A DNA stretch of 64,000 nucleotides from Azolla caroliniana (Eukaryota > Plantae > Polypodiophyta), in NCBI GenBank assembly GCA_043228905.1, contig JBHGNT010000018.1:62001-126000 (forward strand), written 5' to 3'. Position 1 is the first letter of the stretch. The number at the start of each line of letters is the position of its first letter. This document shows, in pieces, positions 32,495 to 44,000 of this stretch. Below the pieces are notes generated by a model. That model was not told the DNA's origin and searched no databases. It saw only the letters and a list, made by a program, of their open reading frames with translations. Made by a program: the position numbers and the translations under genes.

Positions 32495-34070
32495 AGCTTC
32501 CCTTACAATAACATATCTCTAATCAAAATCCGAGATAAGTCTCCTCTTTCTCTTTCTTTTTTGATCAATACTTTCTTTATATAAAAACATATAAAATCCC
32601 AATGCTCCAATAATGAATGAGTTATCTGCTCTGATCATATCAAAGTCATCCTTCCAAAAGATGACACAAAAAAGGGGGTCAAACGTTAGCCATGGTTAAT
32701 AAAACATAGAGCTAAATATTAATTATATGCTTTACCAATACAGAAAATCATGAAAATATGTTTTGTACACAATAAAAACTTGAACATTTTGCTTGCTTAT
32801 TTTTCAAATTATCTATTTATTTCTTATGCTTCTTCTTCACACTAATTTTGATCAAACTTATGTACTAAATCAAGAGTAATGAGATGAAGAAGTAAGAGAG
32901 AGATATAGTTCATTATTACATTATTAAAACAAGCGAGCATATTTGTAAAATTTTCCATTAGTGGATTTTGATACGTAAACTAATAGCTGATTCTCATAAC
33001 TGCATGTATACGTGTTGTTACGTTACTCGAGACCAGAACTAACTGGATTAGGAAAGGAATGAAATGAGAAGGCCAAAGTTATCTACGGAAACCAAATGAA
33101 ATTACATCCCATAACTTTGATACACTCAGGGCGCTACAAAGGAACAAAGAAAAGGAGTTGTGGCTTGGGTGAGTAGAACAAATGTCAGACTGACTGCATC
33201 CATTATCAGCAGTATGAGTTGAATGAGATATCATAATTAATAATCCATGGGGATGCTGGATTCAAGATGTAGAAGAGTATGCAGCAAGAGAGGTACAAAG
33301 TAAATCATCCAGAAATTTCCTATATGGACCAATATAGAATAGTATCAATATCCTCAAGTGTAAGGTGCCTTGGAGAGCATGCTTGTAGCCTCACAATGAT
33401 GCTCTGAATCTGCCCATATAAGTATATCTGAGGGTGTTTGAGGGCAACCTAGAAAATTTTATTCTATCAACTAGGTTCTACCAAAATGTGAAAACTCAAC
33501 AGATCCTCCTAGTCAAGATTGAGGGGTGAGGCCCAAAGGGCATGAGAAATAAGGTACAAACCCCCAGACAACTGGCCTGCCCATGATACAATGTATATAG
33601 CTATCACAGGCAACTTGTCGTTAGAGCATCATTCAAAGTTTCTAGGATTGATCTAAATGTCTACGGTTGCACTGATGTATGTGATGGTCCAAAATAATTT
33701 CGACGACACTTTAATAAATCTTCCAAGCACACGTAGAAACTAGATTTATATAGGCACGTTGTAGAGCCTAGAATCACAATATGGGTCCATTAACAACGTT
33801 GCATATGCACTGGCATTAACGATGATCTGAAGTACTCTGAACAACACTTAAATTAATCTCCAAGTTCCATTGTAGAGACTATATTTATATAGGCATAGTC
33901 TGGGGCCTAGAATCACAATATACAACAATCAATAAGGGTCCATAGACCATGTAACAAATCTTATCCCAGGAGTAAAAAAATCCTCTAATATCCACCATCT
34001 GAAAAGGTTACATATATAGAGCATAGGTGACACTACTCTATGAAAGGACTAGTTTTCCCATGTGTAACGG

Positions 34071-34460
34071 ATGAACTCTTCAGCATGATTGTGATCATTG
34101 AGAACAGATTTTTCAGCACAACTACAAACAGCTTTTAGGTCAGTTTTCGGGAAAAACGCAACCTCGCTGACTAATTTAGGAGTTGAAAGTTTCAACTTGC
34201 TCAGTTCGAAACACTGATACAAGGACAGAAACATGTTGACAATATGTATCTTTAGTTCTATAATTTACTGCATTTTCTCACTATTTCTGATGATGATGAT
34301 GATGATGATGATGACGACGACGTGAAACAATTACCAATGACGGCAATGTTTTACGCTGCTGAGGAGCAGTTGTGTTCTCTTTTCCAAGCTTTTGATAGTG
34401 ATGGGATGGCTATGTGAGTGAAACCAAACTGGCGAATTCTATGGCCCAGTTAGGACAAGT
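34071..34460 (+). pseudogene. Calmodulin-like (CML17/18-type) EF-hand pseudogene, 5' part
   Basis: Translates with a stop and frameshifts to ...QLQTAFRS...SLT / AQFETLIQ... / EEQLCSLFQAFDSDG(fs)DGYVSETKLANSMAQLG. This matches CML17/18 [30 protein letters not shown]. It ends exactly at the Copia LTR. Confidence 0.8.
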
Positions 34461-35855
34461 TGTGAACACTAATTCACATTAATCCAGAAATAACCTTCCA
34501 TATCCCAAATAGCTTCTTGTACCTTGTACCTGTACATATGTGTTCATATCTTGTATCTGGCTATTTAATAGTCCCATACTCACTAATAAAATTAACGCTT
34601 CTATCAAATTGCTATTACCAAATCTTACATTATCACATGGTATCAGAGCGTTCAAGATCAACAGCAATCAGAGCGTTCAGCAGCACCAGAAACAAGAACA
34701 AAAGAACAGAAACTTCAAACGACGACAAATGAAATCATCAACATCACAAACTACTCACAATAAGAAACACTAAATTCATAAACTCAAAATTTACTTCACA
34801 AATAAATAAATAAATAACAAATCATGGCCACAGTCAAAAATCTAGACATGGTTGCTGCCACAACACCCTCCTCCACATCAGTATCCAGATCTATTAGAAT
34901 TGACAGACTAACTAGAGCCGTAAATTATCGTCCATGGCAAATACGGATGAAAATGTATTTGCGCAGATTACATCTATGGGCATACATAGATGGAAGTAAA
35001 ACCAAACCTGACAATAATGATCCAGAAATTCAAGCATGGCAAGATAAGGATTTTGAAGCACAATCCGAAATACAATTCCATGTAGCAGATTCACTAATGT
35101 GCCTCATTTCAAACCAAGAAACCGCCAAAGAAATGTGGGAATGTCTAAGTGAACAATATGAAAAGACCGACACAATTCATGCCATCACTCTGTTTCGAAA
35201 ACTCACAACCTTCCACATGCAAGAAGGTAATGATTTTGAAACATTTCTACAGTCATGGCACTCACTCCTAGAACAAGGCACCACCGCAGGCATTGGATTC
35301 ACAGACCAACATGTACTCATGCTATTAGCAGCACTACCACCGACCTGGCGACCTTTCGTCACAACCCAATCCTATCAAACTCAACCATTGGCTGTCCTCA
35401 TCAACAAAATGCACCAAGGATATACCTTCTCCAAGCTAAGCAACAACAATCTCAACCAAGCAATAAATTCCGATTGCAATGGCAACCACCATTCCCACAT
35501 CGAACCAACAACAACATCCTAAGAGGAAAGGTGATAGTTGATGAGTTAAGGAAGTTGCAATTACCCTTGTAGGATAATACACTTTCTAATTATCATAAGT
35601 GGGTGGGATTATTTTCAGGTTTTACTTGGAGTCTGTGGCCTTAGAGATGATGGTACTTTCTTAAGTTATGATGTTCTATAGGATGGACAATTAGGGATGA
35701 TTCCCTGGGAAGATGAATGTTTGGCTAAGGCTATATTAAAACCTATTAGAATTCTAGCTAAGGTAGATAAGGTTTGGGTCCTTGACCCTAATCCTAATGA
35801 TGTTCATCCATGGCGGGATCTATGGGTAGTGGGGAAAAAACCATTATGTGAATTG

Positions 35856-36129
35856 TGTTGAGAATCAAACTCAACTTCCCATGTGTGGGAACACACTCTA
35901 GGATACTTAAGTGTGTGAACATCCCACCTCTTTGTATAGTAACTAGTGTGTCATAGAACTTAATGTTCTATGACACATAGAATATAAGTAGTTAAGACAC
36001 GACCTCTTTCCCAAGAGGCGGTACTAGTGAGAGAACTTAGAGAGAAGGTGACTACATAAGAACCTTCTCCTTCTCCTTGTAACTATCGGTCATTCTTGTT
36101 TCCTTGTAATACAGTTTTCTGTTTTTCTG

Positions 36130-36184
<55 letters not shown>

Positions 36185-39100
36185 CAAAATGGTCTTATAG
36201 GCCATTTTGGCCTCTTAAAAGACGTTAATATATCTTTCTTTCTTTCTTTCTTTCTCTCTCTCCACACACACACACACAAAATTCTTCCGTTGCACAAATC
36301 ACTCTCAATTCTTTACATGGTATCAGAGCGCGTGGTAGCTTGATCGTAGCCCATCACCTCTGCGTGTGTTGTGCCCAATCCCGAGTCCGGAAAGAACCAG
36401 CTGATCACTGTAGCAGCAACCTGCACAGTTCATATCAAAGAGAAGAAGAACAAGAAGTTTGACAATGAACACTCAGATGGGAAGCGCTCTTCCTGCCGAG
36501 AAGCTCGACAAAAACAACTTTGCATCTTGGGAATACAAGATGCACCAATATCTTGTCAGCCAAGGTTATTGGAGCTATGTCGAGGGAGCACACAAAAATC
36601 AACCCAACCCAGCACATGCCAACTACCCAGCTTGGGAGCAAGCAACGAGTTGCGTACTGTAATGTCTAGCATCATGCTTTCATGATCACATGCTTGGCTA
36701 CATCCGAGTGGCCAAAACGCCGAAGGAGGCGTGGGGGAATCTCAAAAAGATATTCATGGCCAACACGACCGCAAGAAAGCTTCAACTGTCCAGAATTGAA
36801 TAACATTCAACAGAGGGACATGTCAATCGGCAACTACACCTTGAAGATCAAGGAGCTGTGCGACGCCCTCGGGTCAATCAATGTCAGCATTGACGACGAT
36901 GAAATGGTGCAAATATGCCTCGGAGGCTTGGCACCTCGGTTCGCCGCTATAAGGTCAACCATTCTTGCGAGATCGATCTCCAGTCAATGTTACTGGACGA
37001 AGAAAATCACGTTCGAACGAAGAGCAATGTGCAAGAGGGACACATGCTCTATTCGAACTCAGATGGGGGAAGAGGACAAGGTCGTGGCAACAGAGGCCGA
37101 TTCGGGCAAGGCCAGCATAACCAAGGGCAGTCCCATGAGCACAACTTCTACTATCGACAAGATTTGCGAACACGCGAGGAGGAGCCTAGGGTAGAAGGGG
37201 GAACAATCATGCTGAACCCAGCTGACAGAACAACTCCATCCAATGCAGATATTGTGGCAAATTGAGCCACTACGAGGCGGAGTGTCGGAAAAAGAAAAGT
37301 GAGATGGCATTCATAAGCCGCAACTCACAAATTATGCCTCGAATTCCGACTACGATGATCATGGCGAAATGTCCATGATGCGATACAGAGCGAATTCGAT
37401 GATAGAATCGTGCTCGACCAACACCTCCAATTCCGAAGATGTATGGTTTGTCAATTCAAGTGTGTCAAATCATCGAAGTCTCATGCAGATTGGTTTCGAG
37501 AACTCCGAAAGCCCGATCGACCCAGCTATATTGAAACTGGGGATGACAAAATCTACCCCATTCAGCATGTCGGCAATGTCCCGTTCGGTGAAGAGGGCAG
37601 TCAGACCTACATCAAGAATGTCTTGCATGTCCGACAATAACGAAGAATCTGATCTTGGTCGGCCAGATTGTGGAACAAGGCATGCAAGTCCGGTTCAACG
37701 ATGGAGGATGCTTCATCAAAAAGGAAGGCCGAATTATTGCTCGCGGTCGAAGAGAAGGCCAAATGTTCATCCTCGATTCTTACGAGATAAAGTCGGCAAT
37801 GTTTGCCAAGGGCCATAAAGCCGACGTCGACATACAACTATGGCACAAACGAATCGGCCACATCAATCTCCAAAAGCTCAAAGGAATGCAATCGAAAGGA
37901 GTTGTCGTCAAACTCTTGACCTTTACCAAGGAGACTACGGGCGTATCGAAGCCCGCCAGTTTGGCAAACAACATTGTCAACTGTTCCCGAAAGAGAGGAA
38001 CGTGAGCAAAGGAATCCTGGATGTAGTACATTCAGATGTATGGAGACCAGCCCAAACGGCAACATTCGGTGGTTGTCGATACTATGTGACATTCATCGAC
38101 GACTTCTCCAAGAACACCAGGATCTACCCTACGCGGCAAAAGAGCGAAGTGTTCGGACACTTCCAAAAGTTCAAAAACGAAGTCGAAAAGGCAACCAGTC
38201 GGCATGTCCGATGCCTTCAATCGGACGGTGGCAAGGAGTACTTCTCCAATGTCTTCACAGCATACCTTCGACAAGAAGGAATTCGACGAGAGTTCACCTG
38301 CCGACATACACCTCAGCAAAATGGAGTAGCCGAACGAAAGAACCGGCATATACTTGAGGTGGCAAGGGCAACGATGAATAAAAAACATCTGCCAAAATCA
38401 TACTGGGCTAAAGCGGCAAACACGTCTATCTATCTAATGAATCATTGCACAACATCCGAAATGCACAATCTCACCCCTCACGAGAAGTTTTACAGTAAGA
38501 AGCCAGACCTATCCCACGTCAGGAGATTCGGCTCGTTTGCATACGTGCACATTCCCGACGAAAAGCGGCAAAAGCTAGACCCCAAGTCGGAGAAATGCAT
38601 CCTTTGCTCGAACAAAAGGGGTATAAGTACTTCAACCCCTCTACCAAAAAGGTACGAGTGAGTAGGGATGTCGTATTCGACGAATCAGCATCCTAGTACA
38701 CAGCCAACTCAACTCCGTCCAAACTTATCGAAACCGATTGCGAAATAATCGACCTGGAGGAAGTTGATCGACTAAGGCTCACAACATAGGAAAGTCCCCT
38801 CTCAACCAAATTGAGTGGACCACAAGAGCTGCCAAGCAGCCAAAGCACGTCACGGCTGGAAAAGGACAAGGGAAAGGCCAAAATGCCTGAGTATGAAGAC
38901 TCAGATAAAATCGAACCGGATCACTCACCTGACAATGGGTATGGTGAATTGGATGTGCCCAGCATGAGGACACCAGGGGCACCACGTGGATCCACCAAAG
39001 AAAAGAACATAGTCAGCCGATTCGGCTACAATGACTACATGGCATATCATTATGCATTCATGGTGAAGGTGGCAATAGTCCAAGAGCCGGAAATGTTTTC

Positions 39101-41043
39101 CGAAGCTGCAAAGACCCACGATGGGTCGAAGTGTTGTCCAAAAACAAGAGACATGGGATCTCATTCCCTCTTTACCTCATCACAAGGCAATCGGATGCAT
39201 TTGGATGTTTAAGGTGAAGCACAATGCCGACGGCACCATCAATTGCTATAAGGCTCGGCTTGTAGCAAAAGGGTATGCGCAATCACACGAGGTCGATTAC
39301 GAAGAGACCTTTGCCCCAATGGCAAAGATGACTACCATTTGCACTATGATCACGCTCGCAGTGGCAAAAGGGTGGCACCTCCACCAAATGGATGTAACGA
39401 ACACCTTCCTACAAGGCGAGTTAGACGAGGAGGTGTACATGGTGCAACCACCCGGATTCGTGTCAGATACGCATCCGACTGCTGTCTGCCGACTCAAGAA
39501 GCCTCTCTACGGTCTCAAGCAGGCACAAAGAGCATGGCATTCGAAGATAACCCAATATCTTCATCAAATCGGTTTTCAAATGTCCAAGTCCGACAATTCT
39601 TTGTTCATCCGTAACGATTCCCGAGGGCAATTGTTCATCATAATCTATGTGGACGACTTGGTCATTGGAAGAGAGCATATCGGGAACATCGAACATACCA
39701 AGAAGCTACTCTCCAACCGATTTGAAATGGCTGACATGAAGGAGCTCTATTACTTCCTTGGCATCGAAGTAATTCAGACTCCAACAAGCATCATGATCTC
39801 CCAACGGCACTACATCCTCAACTTGTTATACAAGTTTGGGATGACCAAGTGCAAATCTGTGGCAACCCCTCTTGATCGCAATCTCAAACTGGATACCGAT
39901 TCCAACACAGAAGAGCGCAAGCCGACTCAGTATCAACAATTGATCAGGAGCCTCATCTATCTCACGATCACTCAACCCAACCTTAGCTACCTAGTCGGTC
40001 TCCTTAGCCAATTCATGCAAAAACCACGTGACATTCACTTGGATTATGTTAAGCGAGTATTACGATACGTGAGCAATACAATGGACTGTGGCATTTTCTA
40101 CAAGACGGCAATGCCAATTCAACTCGAAGGGTACACAGATGCCGACTAGGCCGGCTACAAAGCCGACCGACGATCGACCTCCGGATTTGTTTTCTCTCTC
40201 GACCACGGCACCATATCGTGTAGTAAGAAACAGCCAACAGTCGCATTGTCAAGCACCGAAGCCGAATACAAGGGCGTGGCCATAGCCGCATGTGAAGCCG
40301 TTCGGCTCAAGAGAATATTGAAGGACCTGGGCGTTCCCATCAAGGATCCGATTCTCCTGTATTGCGACAACATGAGCAGCATCCACCTGGCCCGAAACCC
40401 AGTTTTCCACGCTCGGACTAAGCACATTGAGGTGCACTATCACTTCATCCGAGAACGTGTTCTGGCCGGGAATGTCGACCTCCAACACATCAGCACGATT
40501 CTGCAAACGGCCGACATCTTTACGAAAGCCCGGGGAGCCAACAAGTTGCGGCAGTTCACAATGAACCTTGGCCTCTCAATCACCGACCAACCGCGCTTGA
40601 GGGGGAGTACAACGGAGTAGAACAATCAAACAATCAATCGAAGTAAGCCGAAACCGATTCTGCCGAATCAAAGACCGAACCCTTCGGAGTCCAGAAGTTG
40701 CGTTCGAATGGGCGTGTTGAGAACCAAACTCGACTTCCCGTGTGTGGAAACACACTCTAGGATACTCAAGTGTGTGAACATCCCACCTCCTTGTATAGTA
40801 ACTAGTGTGTCATAGAACTTAATGTTCTATGACACATATTCTTTAAGTAGTTAAGACACGACCTCTTTCCCAAGAGGCGGTACTAGTGAGAGACCTTAGA
40901 GAGAAGGTGCTACATAAGCACCTTCTCCTTCTCCTTGCAACTGTTGGTCATTCTTGTTTCCTTGTAATACAGTTTTCTGTTTTTCTGTAATCTTGAGCTC
41001 TCTCTCTCTCCACACACACAGTTCTTCCATTGCACAAAATCAC
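35856..41043 (+). mobile_element. Inner Ty1/Copia element, near full length (gag-PR-IN-RT-RH) with frameshifts and stops; 3' LTR clipped
   Basis: 5' LTR 35856-36317, PBS 36318-36329. Gag EKLDKNNFASWEYKM, integrase QSDGGKEY/PQQNGVAERKNR, RT YKARLVAKGY/HQMDV/IYVDDL, RNase H SSTEAEY/CDNMS/TKHIEVHYHF/ADIFTK. Premature TAG at 40147-40149. 3' LTR 40715-~41043 lacks its last ~15 nt. Confidence 0.95.
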
Positions 41044-41049
41044 ATCCAT

Positions 41050-41322
41050 CCTAAAGTGATGTTGGTCAGCTATGTGGAAGGATGGAGAAGCTAGCTAGAC
41101 TGCAGTACTTGCCTGAAAAGGATCCCAAAATATGTGCACTGCTATACCTTGTTTTAAAGCACAAGAATGTTTTAATGAGTCTTTTTAAGCTGAGCAGAGA
41201 TGAGAAGGATAAAGTTGTGTGCATTTCTAACTCGAGATTTTCAGGTGTAGAAAAAACAGGTTGTTGCATTAAAATGTGCACATGTTCTAATGGAAAACAC
41301 CATCGTGATCTTGTTGTAGCAA
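41050..41322 (+). pseudogene. Rav1/DMXL (RAVE/rabconnectin-3 alpha, Rav1p_C domain) gene fragment inside the outer Copia
   Basis: SDVGQLCGRMEKLARLQYLPEKDPKICALLYLVLKHKNVLMSLFKLSRDEKDK (frameshift) CAFLTRDFQV*KKQVVALKCAHVLM (frameshift) GKHHRDLVVA. Resembles plant Rav1p_C RMEKLARQQYLKNKNPKDCALLYIALNRIQVLAGLFKLSKDEKDKPLVVFLSRNFQEEKNKAAALKNAYVLMGKHQLELA, as recalled from memory. Confidence 0.8.
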
Positions 41323-41324
41323 AA

Positions 41325-41685
41325 AAAAACTCTATCTTCAAATGCTTGTGCAAGGCCTCTTACCTAATATGATGACATTTTCTGGTATGTTGAAAGCATG
41401 TGGCAACATGGGAGATATACAAAAAGGGAACAACTTCCATGCTCAAATTGAGATGTGTGCAAAATGTGGAAGTATGCTTGAAACAAGTATTTGCTATAAG
41501 ACAAGCAATAAATCTTATTGAATGGACTAGTTTAATTTCAGGATGTGTTCAAAATAGAGAAACTGTACAAAAAACATTTAGCACAATTATGGTTTCAAAT
41601 ATCATCTCATGGAATGCACTCAAAAGAGGCTATAGAGACAATGGATATGTCGAGGAGGTGTTGTATTAGTTTTGAACAAATGTAA
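41325..41685 (+). pseudogene. PLS-class pentatricopeptide repeat gene fragment
   Basis: LYLQMLVQGLLPNMMTFSGMLKACGNMGDIQKG...MCAKCGSM...NLIEWTSLISG...NIISWNALKRGYRDNGYVEEVL. These are P/L/S motif hallmarks, interrupted by frameshifts and stops. Confidence 0.85.
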
Positions 41686-43447
41686 GACAATATATGTATA
41701 TTGTTTACTTTAATTTTAATACCAATGGAGGATATTTTTTATGGAAAAAAAAAGAAATGTATTTATTCAATACCAATGTAACCAACACAACAAGTTTAAA
41801 CCTTTCATGGTACCTAGATACCGGGGCCACCCATCATATGACATTTGACAAACTGTACCTAACACAATACAAAGAGCTTACCACACCCCTAGACGTCCAC
41901 CTTGGAGATAACAGCACCAGAAAAGCCCACGGATATGGTACCCTCACCTTCAGTCTACCCAACAACAATAATCTACATATTCATATAGTTTACTTTGTAC
42001 CAGGACTTACAAAGAACCTCTTATCAGTAAGTCAAGCCACTGAATCCGGCTACACACTCACCTTCAAAGGTAACTCTTGTCCCTTCAAATCTCAACTCTC
42101 AAATGGCACATCATATACAATTCCCTGTTTCAAAACACAAAACCTATACCCAATTCCCATCACACCCATCAAAATATCAAATGCCTCTCATCAAATCCAT
42201 GACGCTGGAATTCAAAACACCATCAAATGGCATCTTCGGTTAGTTCACCCACATCTTCAAACCCTTCATAAGATCCGAACACACAACCTTGCCGATGGAA
42301 TAATAGGTCCTTTCACCCAACTAACCTTTTGTGAAGACTGCCTCTTCGGAAAAATGACCTCCAATCCATATCCTCGTTCAACCCAATACACAACAAACCC
42401 CCTACAACTCATCCACACCAAGCTATGTGGACCAATGCCAACTCCCTCCCTCACCGGAGCTCTTTACTTTCTGACATTTATCGATGACTACACACACTAC
42501 ACCATCCTCAAAAAGAAATCTGACACCGTATCCCATTTCTTGGTCTACAAAAATCTTGTTGAAAACCAATTGAATCAATAAATCAATAAATCAAAATGCT
42601 ACGAAGTGATAATGGAGGTGAATTCACTTCGAATGAATTTGATAAGATACTACAGTCACAAGGAATTCTGCATCAGACAACCATACCACATCATCCTCAA
42701 CAAAATGAAAAAGCAGAGAGAAAGAATCGCACACTCATGGATGTTGCTCGATCAATGCTAAAAACTGCAAACCTCCCAAACACCTTCTGGGAAGAAGCCG
42801 TGGCAACAGCTTGCTATTTACAAAATAGATTGCCTACTATAGAACTCAGCTCTCAAACACCATTCAAAAAATGGTCAGGTATCAAACCTGATCTTTCTCA
42901 CCTAAAGATCTTTGGCAGTACAGCATACTCATATGTACCCAATGCAACCAGAAATAAACTAGAAGATCGAGCAACCAAGCAATTTTTTATCGGCTATGGT
43001 GACTGCTTCGGCAAGAAAAGATGTCGTCTTTACAATCCTAAACATACTAAACTAAAAATACTAAACATATTGACTACAAGTATTTTTATGTAAAAGAACT
43101 GGTAGAAGGAACCAAAGAAGATTAACCAATCCTCATCATCAATTATACTCCTACAAAAGCACAAAAGCAGTACCCAAATTTGAATTTTGTTGCAAAGCTA
43201 TTGAACTTATTAACATAACTTCAAATAGCAAAAGCCATAGCTTATAATGCTAGAAAACAATAAGGAGAATGTGAACACTAATTCACATGATTCCAGAAAT
43301 AACCGTGCATATCCCAAATAGCTTCTCTTACCTTGTGTCTGTACATATCTGTTCATATCTTGTATCTGGCTATTTAATAGTTCCATACTCAATTAATAAA
43401 ATTAACGCTTCTACCAAATTTCTATTACCAAATCTTACATTATCACA

Positions 43448-43579
43448 CATGTTTTGTCAGAACAAGAGCTCGCCGAGATGATGAAGGAAGCCGATACCGA
43501 TGGGGACTGCCCAATAAGCTACGAAGAGTTTGTGGCGTCCATTACATGTGCTGCTTATGAGGCTCAAAACAATATTTGA
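43448..43579 (+). pseudogene. Calmodulin-like (CML17/18-type) pseudogene, 3' part (EF-hand 4)
   Basis: Directly after the 3' LTR it reads HVLSEQELAEMMKEADTDGDCPISYEEFVASITCAAYEAQNNI*. This matches the CML17/18 C-terminus HALTAEELTGMIKEADRDGDGCIDFQEFVQAITSAAF. Confidence 0.88.
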
Positions 43580-43930
43580 TCATGTATCCCAGTCTTTAGG
43601 GTTGTCAATCATGATCTCGTGGAGAGAAGACAGACATCAAATCATGTCTTATTGAGCAGTCGTATACATTCGCATGGAATGAAGATGTCAAGCATAACAA
43701 ATTATCACATAAACCTAGCACGTTGGGATAATTACATGGAATGACAACAAGTGAGAAGAGCTATTAAACAAGAGGTTCAAACACATCATCTTGCTCCTAT
43801 GTTATTTAATGTGAGTAGAGCAATCAACTTCCTCCACGCTTGTGGTTTACTAATTTTCAATAGCTCGGTTTGACCTGCAGCTTAACAGGGTTTGGTTTGA
43901 TTTTAAGTGAGAGAGAGAGAGATTTCATAC

Positions 43931-44000
43931 CTTCGCACACCTAGATCTGCTGAGTTTCTTCTGTCTCTGTGTGTGAGTTGGGGGTGTGCTTCTTGTTATA
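43931..44000 (-). other. Probable non-coding first (5' UTR) exon of GC6
   Basis: The minus strand reads ...CACACACAGAGACAGAAGAAAC...GTGCGAAG|GTATGAAATCTCTCTCTC, a strong donor followed by a CT tract. GC6 is the next minus-strand gene downstream. Inferred. Confidence 0.5.

Larger units (their letters stand above)
34461..43447 (+). mobile_element. Outer Ty1/Copia element (177-bp LTRs), lacking RT/RNase H, carrying nested insertions
   Basis: LTRs 34461-34637 and 43270-43447 (TGTGAACAC...TTATCACA), PBS TGGTATCAGAGC at 34638-34649. Gag 34824-35522, protease SWYLDTGATHHMT at ~41805, integrase RSDNGGEF/PQQNEKAERKNR 42596-43093. TSD CAAGT/CATGT (1 mismatch). Confidence 0.93.
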
